A stretch of 50,290 nt of DNA from Octopus vulgaris (taxonomy: Eukaryota), in the NCBI GenBank assembly GCA_951406725.2, contig CATOCA020000027.1:1-50290 (forward strand), written 5' to 3'. Below the pieces are notes generated by a model. It saw only the letters and a program-made list of their open reading frames with translations, had not been told where the DNA came from and searched no databases. The translations under genes and the position numbers were made by a program. Positions within the stretch are counted from its first letter, which is position 1. Every line of letters begins with the position of its first letter. Of the stretch, positions 1 to 13,270 are shown piece after piece.

Positions 1-309
1 GTCACCAATTTATCAATCAGCTTCATGTGACTTTTTGGAACAATCATGGCGGCCAAGACCTGTAGCCAAAAATATTAATTTGCTAAATTTTAAAATAGTT
101 TTATCATGGAAATTTTCACCTTCTTTTTTTCTTTTTTCATTTGTTGATACCTGCGCGGCCTTTTTTTTCTATCTTTCACGCGTACAACATTTTGGGGCCC
201 AAGCTCTATACAGAAAAGGCAGTAACACTCTGAGAAACTCCTCACTTTTCTACATAATGTACGTTAGACACAACCGCCTGCTCTCCAGCTTCAAACCACC
301 ACCACCACT

Positions 310-404
310 CGGACACGCATAGAAGTACATACATATTTTATATTGCATTTAGTGGAACAATAGCGTCGTTGGTTACAGTTTTCCAAAAGATCAGCTTAGA
401 AGCA
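310..404. repeat. ~95-bp inverted repeat, left copy (partner at 1728-1821)
   Basis: 310-404 is the reverse complement of 1728-1821 with a few mismatches. Confidence 0.85.
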
Positions 405-878
405 ACAACAACACTACTCTCTTCCCATACAGAAAAATAACATAATTAGAAAAAAACAAAAAAACTAATTGTTTCACTTCTAAAGAAAAATGGGAAGATT
501 AGTCATTTGCGTAAAATTACTTACTGAATGTACAAATGGCTTAATTCGATCAATGCACAATTTATTTAAATAACAGATGGTGAAGAAATGAAGCACTAGA
601 CTATGTTGACTATAGCTATGGAAGAAATAACGAGGATTCTTATTTAGTATTCCAACAGGTTAAATCACTGAACAAACGAATGAAACAGGCGTTAGTCAAA
701 CAAAGCTAACGATGGAAACAGAAGTCTCTATAGTCTGACTTAATCCTAAACAACCTCAGCATTCATGAAAGAAATGAACGTTAGGTCACGTGCATCTTTT
801 GTCGTCTGCTAATTAATGCTTCTATGGAACATGTTAAAGTTTGACAAAACTAATTTCTGTGCAATACAATTTGCGGTA

Positions 879-1200
879 GTGGAGGTGCAATGACCTATTG
901 GTTAGGGCAGCGGACTCGCGGTGGGAGGATCGCGGTTTCGATTCCCAGACCGGGCGTTGTATGTATTTATTGAGCGAAAACACCTAAAGCTCCACGAGGC
1001 TCCGGCAGAGGGTGGTGGCGACCCTGTTGTACTCTTTCGCCCCAACTTTCTCTCACTCTTTCTTCCTGTTTCTTGGGTAACGCTGCGATGGACTGTCGTC
1101 CCGTCCAGCTGGGGTGGGTGGGGGAAGTACATACACCACAGAAACCGGAAAACCGGGCCTATGAGCCTGGCTAGGTTTGAAAAGGGCGAAAAAAAAAAAG
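879..1200 (+). mobile_element. tRNA-derived SINE, family A head with tail type 1 and poly(A)
   Basis: A/B-box-like head (tggttagggcagcggactc...gtttcgattcc), A-tail, 12-bp TSD caatttgcggta at 867-878 and 1201-1212. Confidence 0.85.
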
Positions 1201-1496
1201 CAATTTGCGGTAATGTAGCCAAGGTCATTATTGCAATGAAGTAGCTTCGATTCTTGTTAGCAACTGTTTTACTTCAGTTCTACGACACCGCTAATTCTTT
1301 CGAATTGTGGTAGCAACAAGGCACAGTTACGGCTTTAAGGTTAAGAAGTTCGTTTCTCAACCACGTAGTCCCTGTTTCGATTCCAACGCGTGATACACTG
1401 GAAAGATGTTTTCTATTGTACCTTCGCATTGGCCTATGACTTTTAACTGAAATTTTCTCAACGGAAACCGTACAGAAGCCAGTCCCAGCATTACAG

Positions 1497-1979
1497 TATG
1501 TATGCATGTACGTACGTGCGTATGTATGTATGTATGTATGTATGTATGTATGTATGTATGTATGTATGTATGTATGTATGTATGTGTGCATGTATGTATG
1601 TATGTATGTATGTATGTATGTATGTATGTATGTATGTATGTATGTATGCATATATCCATGCATGTATGCCTGTACGTGTATATCTTTCGGCCAAAATATA
1701 AACGCTGGGGAAAATCTAATAGGCAGATGCTTCAAAGCTGGTCTTTTGGAAAACTGTAACCAACGACGCTATTGTTCACTAAATGCAATATAAAATATAT
1801 ATGTACTTATATGCGTGTCCGTGTTTCATATACATACATACATACATACATACATACATACATACATACATACATGCATACATACATACACATATGCATG
1901 CATGCATACATACATACATACATACATACATACATACATACATACATACATACATACATACATACATACATACATACAT
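1497..1979. repeat. (TATG)n and (TACA)n microsatellites flanking the right copy of the inverted repeat (1728-1821)
   Basis: Direct reading; source of the spurious MYVC/HTYI ORFs. Confidence 0.95.
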
Positions 1980-2013
1980 GCCATTTATATGTATATATAT
2001 AAATGCATGTGCA

Positions 2014-2268
2014 CCTGGTACTTATTCTACCGATCACTTTCCATCGAACTGTTAAGTTAAGTGACGTAAACAAACCCACACCGGTTGTCAGTCGGTGGTG
2101 GAACACAAACACACACACACACAATCAAGTTCCGTCTACTAAATCCATTCACAAGGCGTTGGTCGTCCTAAGGCTATAGTAGAAGACACATGCCCAAGAT
2201 GCCACGCAGTGGGACTGAACCTAGGACCATGTCGTTCGGAAGCAAACCTCTCACCACACAGCTACGCC
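2014..2268 (-). mobile_element. tRNA-derived SINE family B, 3'-truncated
   Basis: Reverse complement matches the head and body of the copy at 21078-21462. Confidence 0.8.
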
Positions 2269-2745
2269 GTTGAAATACTTTATCATTGAATGAACCGATG
2301 CTATGAACAAATTTGATGGGATTAATTAAGCGACTGGGAAGTCATTATGTTTAATGAAGTAGATAACGGGCGATGGGTTGTAATGCAGTGCGTTCTTACC
2401 TCCCCTTTTAAAGTCCTTAAGAGAATATTCGCCTAAACTTCAACAGCTTTAATTCACCTCCTCCCTTGCCATCACCCTTTCCCTCTCATCATCATTCCCA
2501 GCATGCAGAATGGAAGGTTTTGGTAGTGGTGGTGAGTAGGTGGTGGTGCTGAGTAGGTGGTGGTGGTGATGATGGTGGTGGTGATGGTGGATAAAAGGGA
2601 AAGGAGTAATGGCAGGTGTAGTCGATTGAATCAATAGCCAAGTCCTTTTCTATTTTTCTTCTTTCCTATGAAATAATGTACCAACCACGTACTGGGGATG
2701 AATTAAAGTGGATTGCACCCTTCCTTGTAACTCTATGACCTTGTG

Positions 2746-2746
2746 A

Positions 2747-2836
<90 letters not shown>

Positions 2837-2892
2837 AAGAAGAAGAAGGATTATTGCCATTATCATTATTATTGTTATTATTATTGTTATTA

Positions 2893-2925
<33 letters not shown>

Positions 2926-2928
2926 TCA

Positions 2929-2966
<38 letters not shown>
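2746..2966. repeat. (AAT)n/(AAG)n/(ATT)n compound microsatellite
   Basis: Direct reading. Confidence 0.95.
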
Positions 2967-3486
2967 TGTATTGTAACGGGCTTTGTTAATATTACGCCTA
3001 TTTTTACCCGCTATAATGTTTTCTAGATTAGGTAAATTTGAGAATGAAATTCTTATTTACGTTTATTAGAAATATGGTAAATATTCACTGAGATGATGGG
3101 ACGGGGTTGCATTTTTCTGCAAGAAGGCAAATAACTTGCTAGAAAGTTTCGTAATAATGTTATTCGATCATGGTGGATTAAACCAGATTATTTTACCATT
3201 GCGCGAGTTCCGCCGACTTTTGGATATGCGTTACGTGTCTTAATGCTATGCTTACTCCTAGAGTACTTTTATTATCTTTTGCATAAGTAACACCAACGTT
3301 GATAATGTTATTACTACGATCATCATTATCAGTAACAGTTAACTCAGGTCTACCCGTATTACAAATATTGATGCAATTACTAACCTTCATTTTCCCTTTC
3401 ATCAATGACTCCTTTATGCCTGTATTATTACTGTTATTATTACTACTAATATTTATATTATTATTGCTTGTATTATTCTTTCGAAC

Positions 3487-3875
3487 GCCGGACGAAACGT
3501 TAGCACGCCGGGCGAAATGCTTAGCGGTATTTCGTCTGCTATTACGTTCTGAGTTCAAATTCCGCCGAGGTCGACTTTGCCTTTTATCCTTTCGGGGTCA
3601 ATTAAATAAGTACCAGTTACGCACTGGGGTCGATGTAATCGACTTAATCCGTTTGCCTGTCCTTGTTTGTCCCCTCTGTGTTTAGCCCCTTGTGGGTAGT
3701 AAAGAAATAGGTATTTTGTCTGTCTCCACGTTCTGAGTTCAAATGCCGCCTGGCTCGACTTTGCCTTTTATCCTTTCCGGTCGATAAACTAAGAACCAGT
3801 TACGCACTGAGGTCGATGTAATCGACTCATCCTCTCCCAAAAATTCAGGCCTTGTGCCTATAGTAGAAAGGATTA
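3487..3875 (+). mobile_element. SINE family C, tandem partial dimer
   Basis: Two successive gttctgagttcaaat...gtcgactttgcctttt modules; matches 40675-40910. Confidence 0.8.
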
Positions 3876-4490
3876 TTAAAATATTTGCTATCATTATTAT
3901 TAGTAATAATACTATTATTATTGTTGTTGTTGTTGTTGTTGTTATTATTATTATTATCATTATTATTATTATTATTATTATTATCATTATTATTATTATT
4001 ATTATTATTGATGCTACATTTAACGTACAATCTACCTTGTTCGACATGATATTACGGGGACCTGCATGTAAAGCTTATGAGATTTTATTATCTATATTAT
4101 TCTGTTCTGAAGCTTAGAACTTCATAAATTTTAAAAAGTTATTCTTACTATTGTATGTAATTGTATTTCTGTATGTTTTGATATTTCTGCTCATACTACC
4201 CTCCATTATATGATGTTTCTTTTTACTGGCCACGAAGAAATAGCAAATGGTTTGTTTATATCCTGCTTTTATTAAGGCTTCTTTCTAGAGAGAAGTCTGA
4301 TGTAAACAAACTATTAGCGATGGTAAATAAAAGCACGATATAAACAAACCAAAACAGCTGTCGTAAATTTTAAACACCATTTGTGTTCCCCGTGTATATA
4401 TGTGTTTGCGTGTGTGTGTGGCCTCGGCGGTATTTAGCGTGCTAATGATTCTGCTAGCTCGCCGCCATAATAATAATAATAATAATGATA

Positions 4491-4609
<119 letters not shown>

Positions 4610-4677
4610 CAATTAAGATTCAAGTCAGTAATGTGGGGTGATTATAAACGAGAAAGAAGCAACAAGAATGGATTAGT

Positions 4678-4768
4678 TTTTAGTACAATTGTTTCATATA
4701 AAGACAGGCTTTATTAAAAGTTGCAAATATTGCAGCAGATAAAAGTGTCCCGTACTCATCAGCTAAAA
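4678..4768 (-). ncRNA. Type I hammerhead ribozyme motif
   Basis: Reverse-complement copy of 5779-5869. Confidence 0.8.
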
Positions 4769-5778
4769 CACATATGAGTTCTCCAAACATCTTAGTAGGT
4801 GAGGCTACACTCATGAAGTATCGGAGATAATTTCATAAAAAGCAGATTCAGGTTGTAAACAGACTTCCAAAGTTCTTTAATGATGATGCACAGTCTTATC
4901 ACAGGTTTTAAAAAAGCTTATTAGCTTCACAGAGAAGGTGAATCAATCCATAGTGTAGGTGCAAATTTCCAGGGATATGAGGAGATATTTCATACTCACA
5001 GACGATGAATCTATCCATGGTTAATCCACAATGAGGTGGGTATAATTTCATGCTATATGATAAGATACTTGTCACATTACTGTTCCCTTCACAAAACTGC
5101 TATGTTAGAATTTCTAAAGGCTGAAGGAATTTTGTGAAGCAAAGAAAAGAAAAGAGAAGAAAAGAAAAAAGAAAAGGAAAAGAAAGAAAAAAGAAAAAAG
5201 AAAAAGAAGAAAAAAGAGAAAAAGAAAAAAGAAAAAACGCACACATAGAGTATACTGTGACACAGTTGTCACAGTATACTCTATGTGGGCGTTTTTTCTT
5301 TTTTCTTTTTCTTTTTTTCTTTTTCTTTTTTCTTCTCCTTTTTCTTTTTTGTTTTTCTTTTCTTTTCTTTTCTTTTTTCTTTTCTTCTCTTTTCTTTTCT
5401 TTTCTTTGCTCCACAAAATTCCTTCAGCCTTTAGAAATTCTAACATAGCAGTTTTGTGAAGGGAACAGTAATGTGACAAGTATCTTATCATATAGCATGA
5501 AATTATACCCACCTCATTGTGGATTAACCATGGATAGATTCATCGTCTGTGAGTATGAAATACCTCCTCATATCCCTGGAAATTTGCACCTACACTATGG
5601 ATTGATTCACCTTCTCTGTGAAGCTAATAAGCTTTTAAAACCTGTGATAAGACTGTGCATCATCATTAAAGAACTTTGGAAGTCTGTTTACAACCTGAAT
5701 CTGCTTTTTATGAAATTATCTCCATACTTCATGAGTATGTAGCCTCACCCACTAAGATGTTTGGAGAACTCATATGTG

Positions 5779-5869
5779 TTTTAGCTGATGAGTACGGGAC
5801 ACTTTTATCTGCTGCAATATTTGCAACTTTTAATAAAGCCTGTCTTTGTATGAAACAATTGTACTAAAA
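5779..5869 (+). ncRNA. Type I hammerhead ribozyme motif
   Basis: ttttag-CTGATGA-gtacgggaca...tgtctttgtat-GAAA-caattg-TA-ctaaaa: stem I ttttag/ctaaaa, palindromic stem III ACAATTGT, GUA cleavage triplet. Confidence 0.85.
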
Positions 5870-5898
5870 ACTAATCCATTCTTGTTGCTTCTTTCTCG

Positions 5899-5930
<32 letters not shown>

Positions 5931-5959
5931 ACTGTTTTCTTTCACTAGACTGCGGCCAT

Positions 5960-6260
5960 GCAGTCAACCTCGGCGGAATTTGATTTCACAATGTAAAGAC
6001 GGACGAAATGCCCCTTAGCATTAACGATTCTGCCAGCTAGCGTCACCTTAATAAGAAGAAAGAGACAGAATCGTTAGCACGCCACACAAAATGCTTAGCG
6101 GCATTTCGTCCGTGTGTACGTTCTGAGTCCAGATTCCGCCGAAGTTGACTTTGCCTTTCATCCTTTCGGATCTCTAAAATAATTACCTGTTGAGCACAGG
6201 ATCTTACATAACCGACTTTCCCCCTTCCCCGAATTTGTTGGCCTTGTGCCAAAATTTGAA
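5960..6260. mobile_element. Two diverged SINE family C fragments, head to head
   Basis: 5960-6050 (-) and 6065-6260 (+) resemble 40675-40910. Confidence 0.65.
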
Positions 6261-6742
6261 GCCAACATCAAATTTCTTTTCAGCATCAAATGTCTATGCG
6301 GGTCCACCCGAGTAAAATAGGAATCTAAGGGGGTTCAGAGACAAAATATGGCCAAGAACCACTGGCCAGACGATCAAACAAATACTTGACTCCGATTGAG
6401 ACATTCTTTACGAAACGAAATTTTAAAAATTCAAATTTAATATCAAAAGATTTGTCTTTGTTGAAGTTCACCAAAACATGTAAAGATCTTCACTACAAGA
6501 TATTTTCTTTCCTTATTTATTTTCCTCAAATTTTGCTTGTTTGTTTATTCATTTATTTATTTTGTTTTAGTTGCTGTTTTTTATTTTTAATATAAAGGTA
6601 GCCATTTTCTTTTGTTATGATTTATTTCAAGTCAATAAAGCTTTGGTGTATTGTCTTTGTATAGATATATATGTGCGTGTATGTAGATGCATGGTTGTGT
6701 GTGTGCGTGTGTGTGTGTTGCATATACACACATACATACATT

Positions 6743-6758
6743 TAGATAGATAGATAGT

Positions 6759-6831
<73 letters not shown>
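6743..6831. repeat. (TAGA)n microsatellite, left flank of the Tx1-like element
   Basis: Direct reading; the same repeat resumes at 9527-9710. Confidence 0.95.
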
Positions 6832-6833
<2 letters not shown>

Positions 6834-7123
6834 CTTTCTTTATTGGCCACACAGGGCTGGACACAGAGGGGACAATTACAAATGTAGAGCTTTTTCTTTT
6901 CGGAGATGGAAAAAGAAAAAGAAGAAAAAAAGAAACAAATGTAAAATTTCGATCAAAAGGGATCGGAAAAAAAAAATCAAAAGAAAAATTTTTTTTTCCT
7001 AAGTAACAAACAAGATTAGGTTCATTCGTGGAAAGAAAAGCCTACAGAAAAGACCATGGTAACCTCAGGCAGGGAGGAAATAAACACATGAGAGCAAAGT
7101 GCTCTCTCTCTCTCTTTTACGAT

Positions 7124-7695
7124 TTACAGGATCATGCTCAAAGTGGTTTCGTCACTCGCACGCACCATCTTTGCTACATTCACCCACCTTTTTTTGAAAC
7201 TGTCATGAGACAAAACTTGCCTTTCCATTCTCACCGTCTTTTTCAAGTGGTACTCGAAAAAGTTGATGAGCAATTGGCCAGAGAGGCAAGTGTTTGTCTC
7301 TAGTCCTTTCGCTCGGGTCCACCACACGCATTCTTTCACCATAGCCACCAGTACGATGAAAACTGCCTTGCCTTCCCGGTGCAATTTTCACGATAGACTC
7401 GGCCGACAGCAGCCGTTCGGGATAAGCCCACAGGTCCGAAATGGATGGACACTGCACGAGTGCGTGCAGAACGGTTTAGTCGCTCTGCCCGCATCTCGGG
7501 CAAGTCGGTCCTGTGTGTCTCGAACCGTGCCTGTAGAGCTTATCCCGAACAGGTAATGCTTCTCGATAGCACTGCCAGGCCAGAGATCTTTGGTGATTGT
7601 CCATAGGTCTCGGCCCGAAAGTTGTCCTGAACAGGCGGGTCAGGTGTCTCTCGTCGACGCCCAGATTCTGCCCGAGAACGTCGTCGCAACTCCCC
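7124..7695 (-). pseudogene. C-terminal fragment of Tx1/L1-type ORF2 (Cys/His zinc-binding region)
   Basis: ALPVRDKLYRHG...CPRCGQSD and MVKECVWWTR motifs; broken frames; homolog at 11470-12015. Confidence 0.75.
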
Positions 7696-7801
7696 TCTAA
7701 CATAGCAGTTTTGTGAAGGGAACAGTAATGTGACAAGTATATTATCATATAGCATGAAATTATACCCACCTCATTGTGGATTAACCATGGATAGATTCAT
7801 C
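7696..7801 (+). repeat. 106-bp copy of 5439-5544 at the LINE deletion junction
   Basis: Identical to the palindrome arm segment except for one base. Confidence 0.9.
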
Positions 7802-7934
7802 TCTTCCTCCTTTGAAGTTGTTTGTGGTGGTGATGATGGTGTTGTTTCTGTTCTTGGTGACGCTGGTGGTGGTGTTGTTTGGTTGGGCTGACTTGTTGGT
7901 TGGTGATCTTTCATTTGTTCATATAGTTTCTTGA

Positions 7935-9122
7935 TTAGTTTTGCATATGGCGGTGTGGGTAGTAGTGCTGGTTTTTTGTATGGTTTTGGTTTTCTTGTGG
8001 TTGTTGTTGTTTTTCATGGTCTTGTTGTTGTTGTTGTTTCTGTGCTAGTGGGCACTTATTTTTTGAATGTGCGTTGCTACCACAAACGTAGCAACTAGGC
8101 TTTCTGCCTTCGACGGCCACATGTAAAATCGAACCGTTCCTCGATTGAATTCTATGTGGAATTTGCTCCTGAATCATTGGATTTATCTGAGCGAGGATGT
8201 GTATTTCTCGGCCGATCCAGTGGTGATGGTCTACGATACCGATTTCCAAAATGTTGATTTCGTCTTCGATGTCGTAACATATGGCGGACACGAGCCATTT
8301 TATTTCCAATTCAGGGGGCACATTTTTTATTTTAATTTTTGTAACCCTACGGCCAAGGTATGTAAGTATCATTACTAAGTTTTCGAATTGGAGGGACTTT
8401 GTGGAGAGGTCCTTGGCTCTCTTTTCACTATCGAATCGCACTTCAATGGTGGCAAATTTGTTGCCTCTTGCGATATATGTTTTAAAAGCCCATATGGGTT
8501 TTAAACATTTTTCGACATTTTCTTGTGACCTTTTCGTATATCCTTGTTTTAAGGTTGAATGTTTTGTAGATAATAGTTTTTTTTCTATTTTTTCTGTGAT
8601 GTCTTGAGGTGTCTGTAGCTGTATGCTGAACTTGTCTTTTTTTAGCATTCCTTTACAGGCAAGTAGGTCGTCCTTCGAAAAAGAAGTTTTTTCAGCTTTA
8701 AAGCTGCGGCAAAATTTTTTTTTCGGCATTTGTGTTGGTTGTGGTGGTGATGGCGGTGGTGGTGGTAGCAGAGGTAGAGCTTGTGGCAGAAACAGTAGTA
8801 ACAGAAGCGCTTTCTAAGGGCTGTGTGCGTTCACGCGGAACGGCTTTGTTTTCAGCTTCCTTTGCCTCTGGCATTGGTAGAGGCGGGAAGTCGGCTTCGT
8901 GGTTTCGCATAGCCATACTCGACATTGTATCAGTGAAGTTGTCAGATGTGGTAGTTTTGGTGTTGGTGATGGTGGTGTTGATAACAGGCTTATCATTTTT
9001 TTTGTAGTAGCCTCTTTGTTGACTGACTCGACAATTCTTCTTTCTTCTGTCTTTCCCAAAGTAGGAAATTCCTTCTCAGAAAAAATCGCAGAATACTGCT
9101 CAACGACAAGATTTCTCGACAT
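7935..9122 (-). pseudogene. Tx1-type ORF1p (RRM-like domains + CCHC knuckle), split by frameshifts
   Basis: ORFs 8814-9122, 8698-8925 and 7935-8729; VAVEGRKPSCYVCGSNAHSKNKCP knuckle; homologous to ORFs at 17582 and 27737. Confidence 0.75.
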
Positions 9123-9526
9123 CTTTTATCGAGAAATAAAAATCAATTATTGAAAGGTTGATGAAAATGCCCCTAGTGGCAAATTCCACATTTAAAAACA
9201 CCCAAACGAGAGTTGGGTGTTTGAAAAGTTCAAAACTCCGAAAATGTAAACAAATCGAACTAACAGAGAGAGAACGGCGTCTATGCGTTATGAGGAACGC
9301 GTCGGCGACATATGCAAAAGTAAGCTAGAGAAGCAAAATTTTTATATATAAACAAGGTTGAAATTGCCCCTAGAGGCAAAATCCCCCCGGAAAACACACC
9401 CAGACGAAAGCTGGGTGTCTTACACACTCTGTGCGCGAAAATTTGAAATGAAACTTTTGCAAAAAAAACAATAAAAAAAGGCGATTGACTTACGAGCCGA
9501 TCCAACAACGAACACTGTCGATCGAA

Positions 9527-9710
<184 letters not shown>

Positions 9711-10332
9711 GTATAGGCTTACATTTATAATATATACATACTTTATATGTGTATAGTATTATGTTTTATATATGCGTGTGCATGCATACATACAATATAT
9801 GTATGTTTATGTGTGTACACACACACACACACACATGTATATATAGACAGAGGAGGAGAGACAGAGAGAGAAAGCGAGAGACAGAGAGAGATGCATGTTA
9901 AAAAAATGTTTACACACATCGATTAATAACGTATTAAGAGTTTATTAAAATCCATTTCATTTACAAAATTTAATGGAATCTACAAACAGAATTTTAATTT
10001 CTTTAAGAGCATCTGTTTTTGAACTGTTGACCGTTCTGGTCCAAACATAACTGATAAAGCGAAGCAATGGTAACGGAAGTATCATGAAACGTTCCGATAG
10101 GTATTTGTGCGAATGTTCCTTCAATGGCTATCTTCAGTTCGTCGACTGTTGCCGTATAGAACTGTAAACTTTATCTTTTAAGTTTAAAGTGGCATTTCGT
10201 CGGTTACGACGATGAGGGTTCCAGTTGATCTTATCAACGGAACAAACTGCTCGTAAAATTGACGTGCAAGTGGCTGAGCACTCCATAGACATATGTACCT
10301 TTAATCTCAAGGAGATTCAGTGGGAGATAGGA

Positions 10333-10798
10333 TGTTATAGTGACCTCTGGCGGTCAAGCAGGAAAGTAAAACGAAAAAGAGATCTAACGAGAGTAGTAAA
10401 CTCCCTCGACCTTCTCGAAAATTCTCGAACATTCTAGAAGCTTCCATTTAACTTCCAGATGACGTGGAAGTCAGGGACTTCCGGTTCATTCCTTATATAA
10501 AGGAACACATTTCTAATTTCACGCCACTCTTGCCTGTCGATTCCTAGACATGGATTGAGTCATGCCACACACATACACACCTGCATGTGCGGATGTTCGC
10601 CATATTTGCTTTGAGACGTGGTTGCAAAATATTGTCATCTGATATTACAAACCTTTTCCTTCAATTAACCTTATATGTTAACACATTACACTCAGTAATA
10701 AATATGTTATGACTTATTACGAATGTCTTGCAAATTCTTATTTTCTTGTTTACGTACGAGATGGTGACCCCTCTTTCTCGCATGCAATTATAAAAATT
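10333..10798 (+). mobile_element. Probable solo LTR
   Basis: Starts TGTTATAG with a degenerate inverted end (ttataaaa ~10788-10795); TATA box 10494-10501; AATAAA 10697-10702; atagga direct repeat at 10327-10332 and 10799-10804; interrupts a SINE. Confidence 0.65.
10411..10501 (+). promoter_or_regulatory. Heat-shock element (7 alternating nGAAn units) + TGACGTGG + ETS-like site + TATA
   Basis: cTTCt cGAAa aTTCt cGAAc aTTCt aGAAg cTTCc at 10411-10445; TGACGTGG 10460-10467; acttccgg 10477-10484; tatataaa 10494-10501. Confidence 0.75.
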
Positions 10799-11469
10799 AT
10801 AGGATGTCACTTACTGACATCACTATGTGACAAGGCCGGCCCTTTGAATTACAGGTTTAGCTCGCTGAGTTGACTGGAGCAACGTGAAATAAAGTGTCTT
10901 ACTCAAGGACACAGTGCGCTGCCAGGAATCGAACTCACGACCTTACGATCGTGAGCCGAATATCCTTATCACTAAGCCATTCGCCTTCGCTATCTTTTAA
11001 GCAATCCCGTAATATAAGCATAGTGGTGTGAGGTCCGGTGAACATGGAGGATATTTTTTCTGCTGAACCTTTTTCTTCCAATCCGCCTGTTTGGCAAAAA
11101 TCTCATCAAGGTTGGCCTTCACATTTCTGTGTTAATGTAGAAGTGCCCAGTCTTGGCACACACGTCGGCATATAGCAACACAATTTATTCCGTAACACAA
11201 GTAGCCATAAAGCTGTAAAAACATATGTTAGAATGTAATTTATTCCGAGACTAACCTTGTAAGAAATTATGTCATCGGCAGGTAACGTCATGTGGTAAGT
11301 CAGAATACACAAGTTTTATCAGATGTAATACGTGCAAGATACGTCAGAGCGAGACAAAGTAAGTCAGACACAACTTATGGTTACTGCTGTTGTCTAAAGC
11401 CCGATCACCCAGCATTAAACAACCCCCACACCTCCCTTAAACAGATGAAAAACATTCAAGCTATCATCA

Positions 11470-12015
11470 TCTCGTTGTTTATTATTGGCTATGGCGAAAG
11501 AATGTATCTGGTGGACGCGTCTGAAAGGATTAGAGACAAACACTTTCCTCTCTGGTCAATCTCTCACCAACTTCTTCAAGTATCACTTGAAAAGGAAAGT
11601 GAGAGTAGAGAGACAAGTTTTGTCTAGCGAATGTTTAAAAAAAAAGATGGGTGAATGTAGCAAGGATGGCACGTATGAATGACGAAGCCACCTTGAGCAT
11701 AATCCTATGAACCCGGAAAAATTTAAAACCCAGAGTTACTTACTTGCAAATAAATGTGTTAACATGTGACATTATTGACCGAGGTTACCGTGGTCTTTTC
11801 GGTAGGGTTTTCTTTCCACGGATAAACCTTATTTGTTTCCCCCTTTACACTTTACATCATGACATTTCTGTGATACAGGATCCCTATTGATCGTTTTTTT
11901 ATCTTTCGTTTTTTTACGATCCCTTTTGATCGAAAACCTACTCCCCCCTCCCACTTTTTTTCACCCCAAAAGAAAAGCTCTACTTTGTTCAGCCTTGTGT
12001 GGCTAATAAAGAAAC
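11470..12015 (+). mobile_element. 5'-truncated Tx1-like LINE (ORF2 end + 3'UTR)
   Basis: MAKECIWWTRLKGLETNTFLSGQ is homologous to 7124-7384; ends gtggctaataaagaaa. Confidence 0.8.
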
Positions 12016-12349
12016 ATATAATTCTTTTTTTTATTCGTAGGGTCTGGGACCACATTCTTCAATGATTCCGTGCCGTTTTAAGATAGTTTTAAGATAGATA
12101 CGAGAGAAATTTGGATGCTATTTGTTGTAGGTCGAATCAATATGAGGCGGTTTCGTATCAGAAAAACAAACAAACACGTATTATGTCGTAATGAGGTGTG
12201 TCGTCAGAAGAAAGAAATCATATGACATGAAGTCATACTGTGCTTATGTTCTTCATCGCTGGGAAAGTTATGTGATGAATAAATCATGTCATGTGCAGGA
12301 TTACTGCGACGGTTAAGATTAGAACATTGCAAATATCTTCTTTCATATC

Positions 12350-12560
12350 TTATATTTTTCTTGTTTCAGTTATTGGATTGCAACCATGCTAGGATACCCA
12401 CTTTGAAGGGTTTTGGTCGAACAATTCAACCCCAGTACTTATTTAAAAGACAAAAAAAAATGTCTGGTACTTATTCTTTCTATCGATCCTTTTTTTGCCG
12501 AGCTACTAATGTTACTGCTTAACAGCGAGTATTGGTTTGTTTACAACACCCGTTGTTAAG
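12350..12560 (-). mobile_element. Old SINE family B 3' fragment
   Basis: Degenerate tttcagt..tgcaaccatgct..ggtacttattct motif order. Confidence 0.5.
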
Positions 12561-12579
12561 CAATGATGAAGGGACAAAC

Positions 12580-13270
<691 letters not shown>

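Larger units (their letters stand above)
6833..9526 (-). mobile_element. Tx1/L1-clade non-LTR retrotransposon, internally deleted (5'UTR, ORF1, end of ORF2, 3'UTR)
   Basis: Gag-like ORF1 with zinc knuckle, ORF2 C-terminal Cys/His domain, aataaagaaa 3' end, embedded in (TAGA)n. Confidence 0.8.
10190..10988 (-). mobile_element. SINE family D (tRNA head + CORE-like body), split by an insertion at 10333-10798
   Basis: 10190-10322 and 10826-10988 are colinear reverse complements of 41002-41321. Confidence 0.8.

Noticed and set aside
1280-2124. Stacked ORFs encoding MYVC/HTYI repeats (also the YIYI, poly-Ile, poly-His and poly-Ser ORFs elsewhere)
   Set aside because: Translations of microsatellites, which lack stop codons in several frames; no coding signal
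5100-5867. ORFs inside the large palindrome
   Set aside because: Mirror-image low-complexity or short ORFs with no recognisable domain
9167-9181. CTCF-like motif gcccctagtggc
   Set aside because: One G short of the CTCF core; better explained as part of the duplicated hairpin module
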